NCBI GenBank assembly: GCA_032153715.1
Contig: JALDYR010000004.1
Coordinates: 1,140 to 65,139 of the forward strand
DNA: 64,000 nt
From: Candidatus Saccharimonadota bacterium
GTDB taxonomy: Bacteria > Patescibacteriota > Saccharimonadia > Saccharimonadales > Saccharimonadaceae
Direction of reading: 5' to 3'
In this document: positions 62,323-64,000 of the stretch, one piece after another
Layout: each line of letters opens with the position of its first letter
Numbering within the stretch: position 1 is the first letter of the stretch
Translations under genes and position numbers: made by a program
Notes under the pieces: model-generated
What the model was told of the DNA's origin: nothing
Database searches by the model: none
The model's input: only the letters and a program-made list of their open reading frames with translations

Positions 62323-63699
62323 ATGAGAACAACTGATATTATTCGTCGTGCCGGTCGCAGTTTGCGTCAGGCGAAAGCGCGAACGCTATTGACAAGCTTG
62401 GCTATCGCGGTCGGGGCGTTTACGTTAACACTATCAATCGCCGCAGGCGAGGGGGCGCGTCAGTACGCTGATAAGTTGATTGGTACGAACATTAATCCGA
62501 AAGTGCTTTTTATCGTCAAGGATAAGACGCTCTTTGGCGGGGGCCAGCAGCAAAGCGGTTTGCGGGAATATGATCCGAATGCTAGTACGACACGCACCGG
62601 CACGACGGTGAAGCAAATGACGCAAGCTGATGTCGATAAGCTATCACAGCGGAGTGATCTTGAGAATATTTCTCCTATCACACAGCTGTCGATGCGCTAT
62701 ATGACTGTCGAGGGGTCTGACAAGAAGTTTACTTCTGAGATCGCAAAATACGATTCGACGATTCGCAACGAGACAGCGGCAGGCTCGCTACCGCAGCTTG
62801 GCGAGCAGATTGGCGATGGTGATATTGTCATGCCGGAACGCTTTGCTGATACCTTGGTTGCGCAAAAAGTTGTCGCCAAGCCAGCTGACCTTGTTGGTAA
62901 AAAGGTGACCGTGACAGTTGCAAAGCCATCGACGCAACCTTCACAGGAAGAGATCAATACCATCCTGAGCACTGAAGGAACGGCCGGACTCGCCAAACTT
63001 GCACAAGGTGAAACGCGTAACTTAACGTTTACAGTTCGTGCGCTTGCGAAAAAATCGGCCGCAGCAATTGCTGATGTGTCGTCGCTGCAGGTGTCTGATA
63101 ATGCGGCTAAAGAAATTTACGACTACACCACCAAAGGTACTGACAATTACCAGAAGTATATTGGCGTGACTGCACTCGCAAAAGGTGACGACAAGCCAGT
63201 TGAGGTGAAGGCGGCGCTCGAGAAAGACAGCTACTATGCACAGACAGCCGAGGACCTCCAGGGAGTCATCTTTACCGTTGTGAATACTCTGCAGGGTATC
63301 GTGGCTGGATTTGGCGTCCTTGCACTACTTGCGAGCGTCTTCGGCATCATTAACACGCAGTACATTAGTGTACTTGAACGAACGCAGCAGATCGGCCTTA
63401 TGAAAGCACTTGGCATGCGCGGGCGTGACGTCGCCCGTTTGTTCCGCTACGAAGCTGCTTGGATTGGCTTCTTGGGTGGTGTGATTGGAGCGATGGCTGC
63501 TTGGGGACTTGGTACAGCGCTCAATCCATGGATCACGGAAACAATCGAGCTTGGTGAGGGTAACTCAATTCTTATCTTCCAATGGCTGCCGATTATTAGC
63601 CTAGTTGTGGCGTTAATGTTGGTTGCCGTCGTTGCGGGTTATTTCCCGGCACGAAAAGCCGCCAAGCTTGATCCAATTGAAGCACTACGGACTGAATAA
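62323..63699 (+). CDS. ABC transporter permease, FtsX/MacB-type, with a large extracytoplasmic loop
   Basis: TM1, then a roughly 270-aa loop, then three C-terminal TM segments. Ends with the typical YFPARKAAKLDPIEALR. Confidence 0.85.
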   Translation: MRTTDIIRRAGRSLRQAKARTLLTSLAIAVGAFTLTLSIAAGEGARQYADKLIGTNINPKVLFIVKDKTLFGGGQQQSGLREYDPNASTTRTGTTVKQMTQADVDKLSQRSDLENISPITQLSMRYMTVEGSDKKFTSEIAKYDSTIRNETAAGSLPQLGEQIGDGDIVMPERFADTLVAQKVVAKPADLVGKKVTVTVAKPSTQPSQEEINTILSTEGTAGLAKLAQGETRNLTFTVRALAKKSAAAIADVSSLQVSDNAAKEIYDYTTKGTDNYQKYIGVTALAKGDDKPVEVKAALEKDSYYAQTAEDLQGVIFTVVNTLQGIVAGFGVLALLASVFGIINTQYISVLERTQQIGLMKALGMRGRDVARLFRYEAAWIGFLGGVIGAMAAWGLGTALNPWITETIELGEGNSILIFQWLPIISLVVALMLVAVVAGYFPARKAAKLDPIEALRTE

Positions 63700-63712
63700 A
63701 AACCTCGTCTTT

Positions 63713-63742
63713 AAAACCGTCTCTCCAAAGAGGCGGTTTTTT
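63713..63742 (+). terminator. Intrinsic terminator after the ABC transporter pair
   Basis: CCGTCTCT ccaa AGAGGCGG followed by TTTTTT. Confidence 0.8.
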
Positions 63743-63756
63743 GATACAATGGGGCT

Positions 63757-64000
63757 ATGTTAGATATCCGTTATGTTCGCGAAAACGCTGATCGCGTCAA
63801 AGAATTCTCCAAACAAAAAAACTATCAGGTCGATGTTGATCGTGTCTTGGAGTTGGATGAATCGCGTCGCGAATTGCAGCAAAAAGCGGATGAACTGCGC
63901 ACCGAACGCAACAGCATTGCCGAGGCGATGAAGCAGGCTGGCGGCAATCCAGACCAAGCGTCAATCGAACGTGGTCGCGTCCTGAAGACTGACATTAGCG
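63757..64000 (+). CDS. serS: Seryl-tRNA synthetase, N-terminal coiled-coil arm (partial; runs off the window)
   Basis: MLDIRYVREN...V.......K.........V.ELD..RR.L......LR.ERN..... is the typical SerRS start. TACAAT at 63745-63750. Not in the ORF track because no stop lies inside the window. Confidence 0.85.
   Translation, partial: MLDIRYVRENADRVKEFSKQKNYQVDVDRVLELDESRRELQQKADELRTERNSIAEAMKQAGGNPDQASIERGRVLKTDIS

Noticed and set aside
1-64000. CRISPR arrays, IS elements, integrases, prophage, reverse transcriptase/DGR, toxin-antitoxin pairs, known defence systems
   Set aside because: No direct-repeat/spacer periodicity was seen. No transposase, integrase or RT motifs appear in any ORF. The only dispersed repeats are the pilin 5' modules. 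No tRNA gene was seen that could serve as an integration site.
1-64000. Alternative genetic code (UGA recoding, as in some CPR lineages)
   Set aside because: Several confidently identified genes terminate at TGA (for example at 1470-1472 and at the nrdR stop, 23239-23241). All housekeeping ORFs have the expected length under the standard code.

Overview
This is a gene-dense, mostly housekeeping chromosomal segment from a reduced-genome bacterium with a Gram-positive-like envelope. All calls come from reading the translations and the DNA by eye; no BLAST, HMM or covariance-model searches were run. The content fits Candidatus Saccharibacteria (TM7) / Patescibacteria: five dispersed type IV pilin paralogs sharing the leader M(x)KWAKQTG|[18 protein letters not shown], an LPXTG sortase substrate, an LCP protein, domain-minimised translation factors, and no biosynthetic operons. 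This taxonomic assignment is an inference. The standard genetic code applies, because TGA is used as a stop.

The window opens with the 3' end of a 23S rRNA, followed by a 5S rRNA and tandem terminators. After that come about 75 protein genes:
- Translation: rpsA, infB, def-fmt, rpsU, map, ileS, rplU, prfA-prmC, rpmE, rpsB-tsf, frr, proS, lysS, and the serS 5' end.
- Replication and repair: priA, recJ, mpg, parAB.
- Division and wall: murI, ftsA, ftsZ, an LCP protein, lepB, htrA.
- Envelope and surface proteins, plus a set of orphan genes.

No CRISPR array, integrase, transposase, reverse transcriptase or recognisable defence system was found.

The observations most worth a second look are:
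1. A T-box-like leader upstream of ileS, with an AUC-A specifier loop and a canonical UGGUAAC 7-nt bulge between two helices. Its terminator geometry is atypical.
2. A translationally coupled nrdR / NrdH-like / VKOR trio in which NrdR has no zinc-ribbon cysteines and the NrdH-like protein has no CXXC.
3. The ancestral rpsB-tsf-pyrH-frr-uppS-cdsA-dxr-rseP-proS backbone survives only as a skeleton. pyrH is replaced by a promoter-driven four-gene insert (DPF-repeat disordered protein, 251-aa orphan, two pilins). uppS/cdsA/dxr are replaced by a minimal nucleotidyltransferase coupled to frr through a TAATG overlap.
4. A P-loop kinase overlaps a DEAH helicase by 4 nt.
5. A secreted peptidase operon lies directly downstream of the rRNA operon.

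Start codons were re-picked where the ORF track over-extends a gene.
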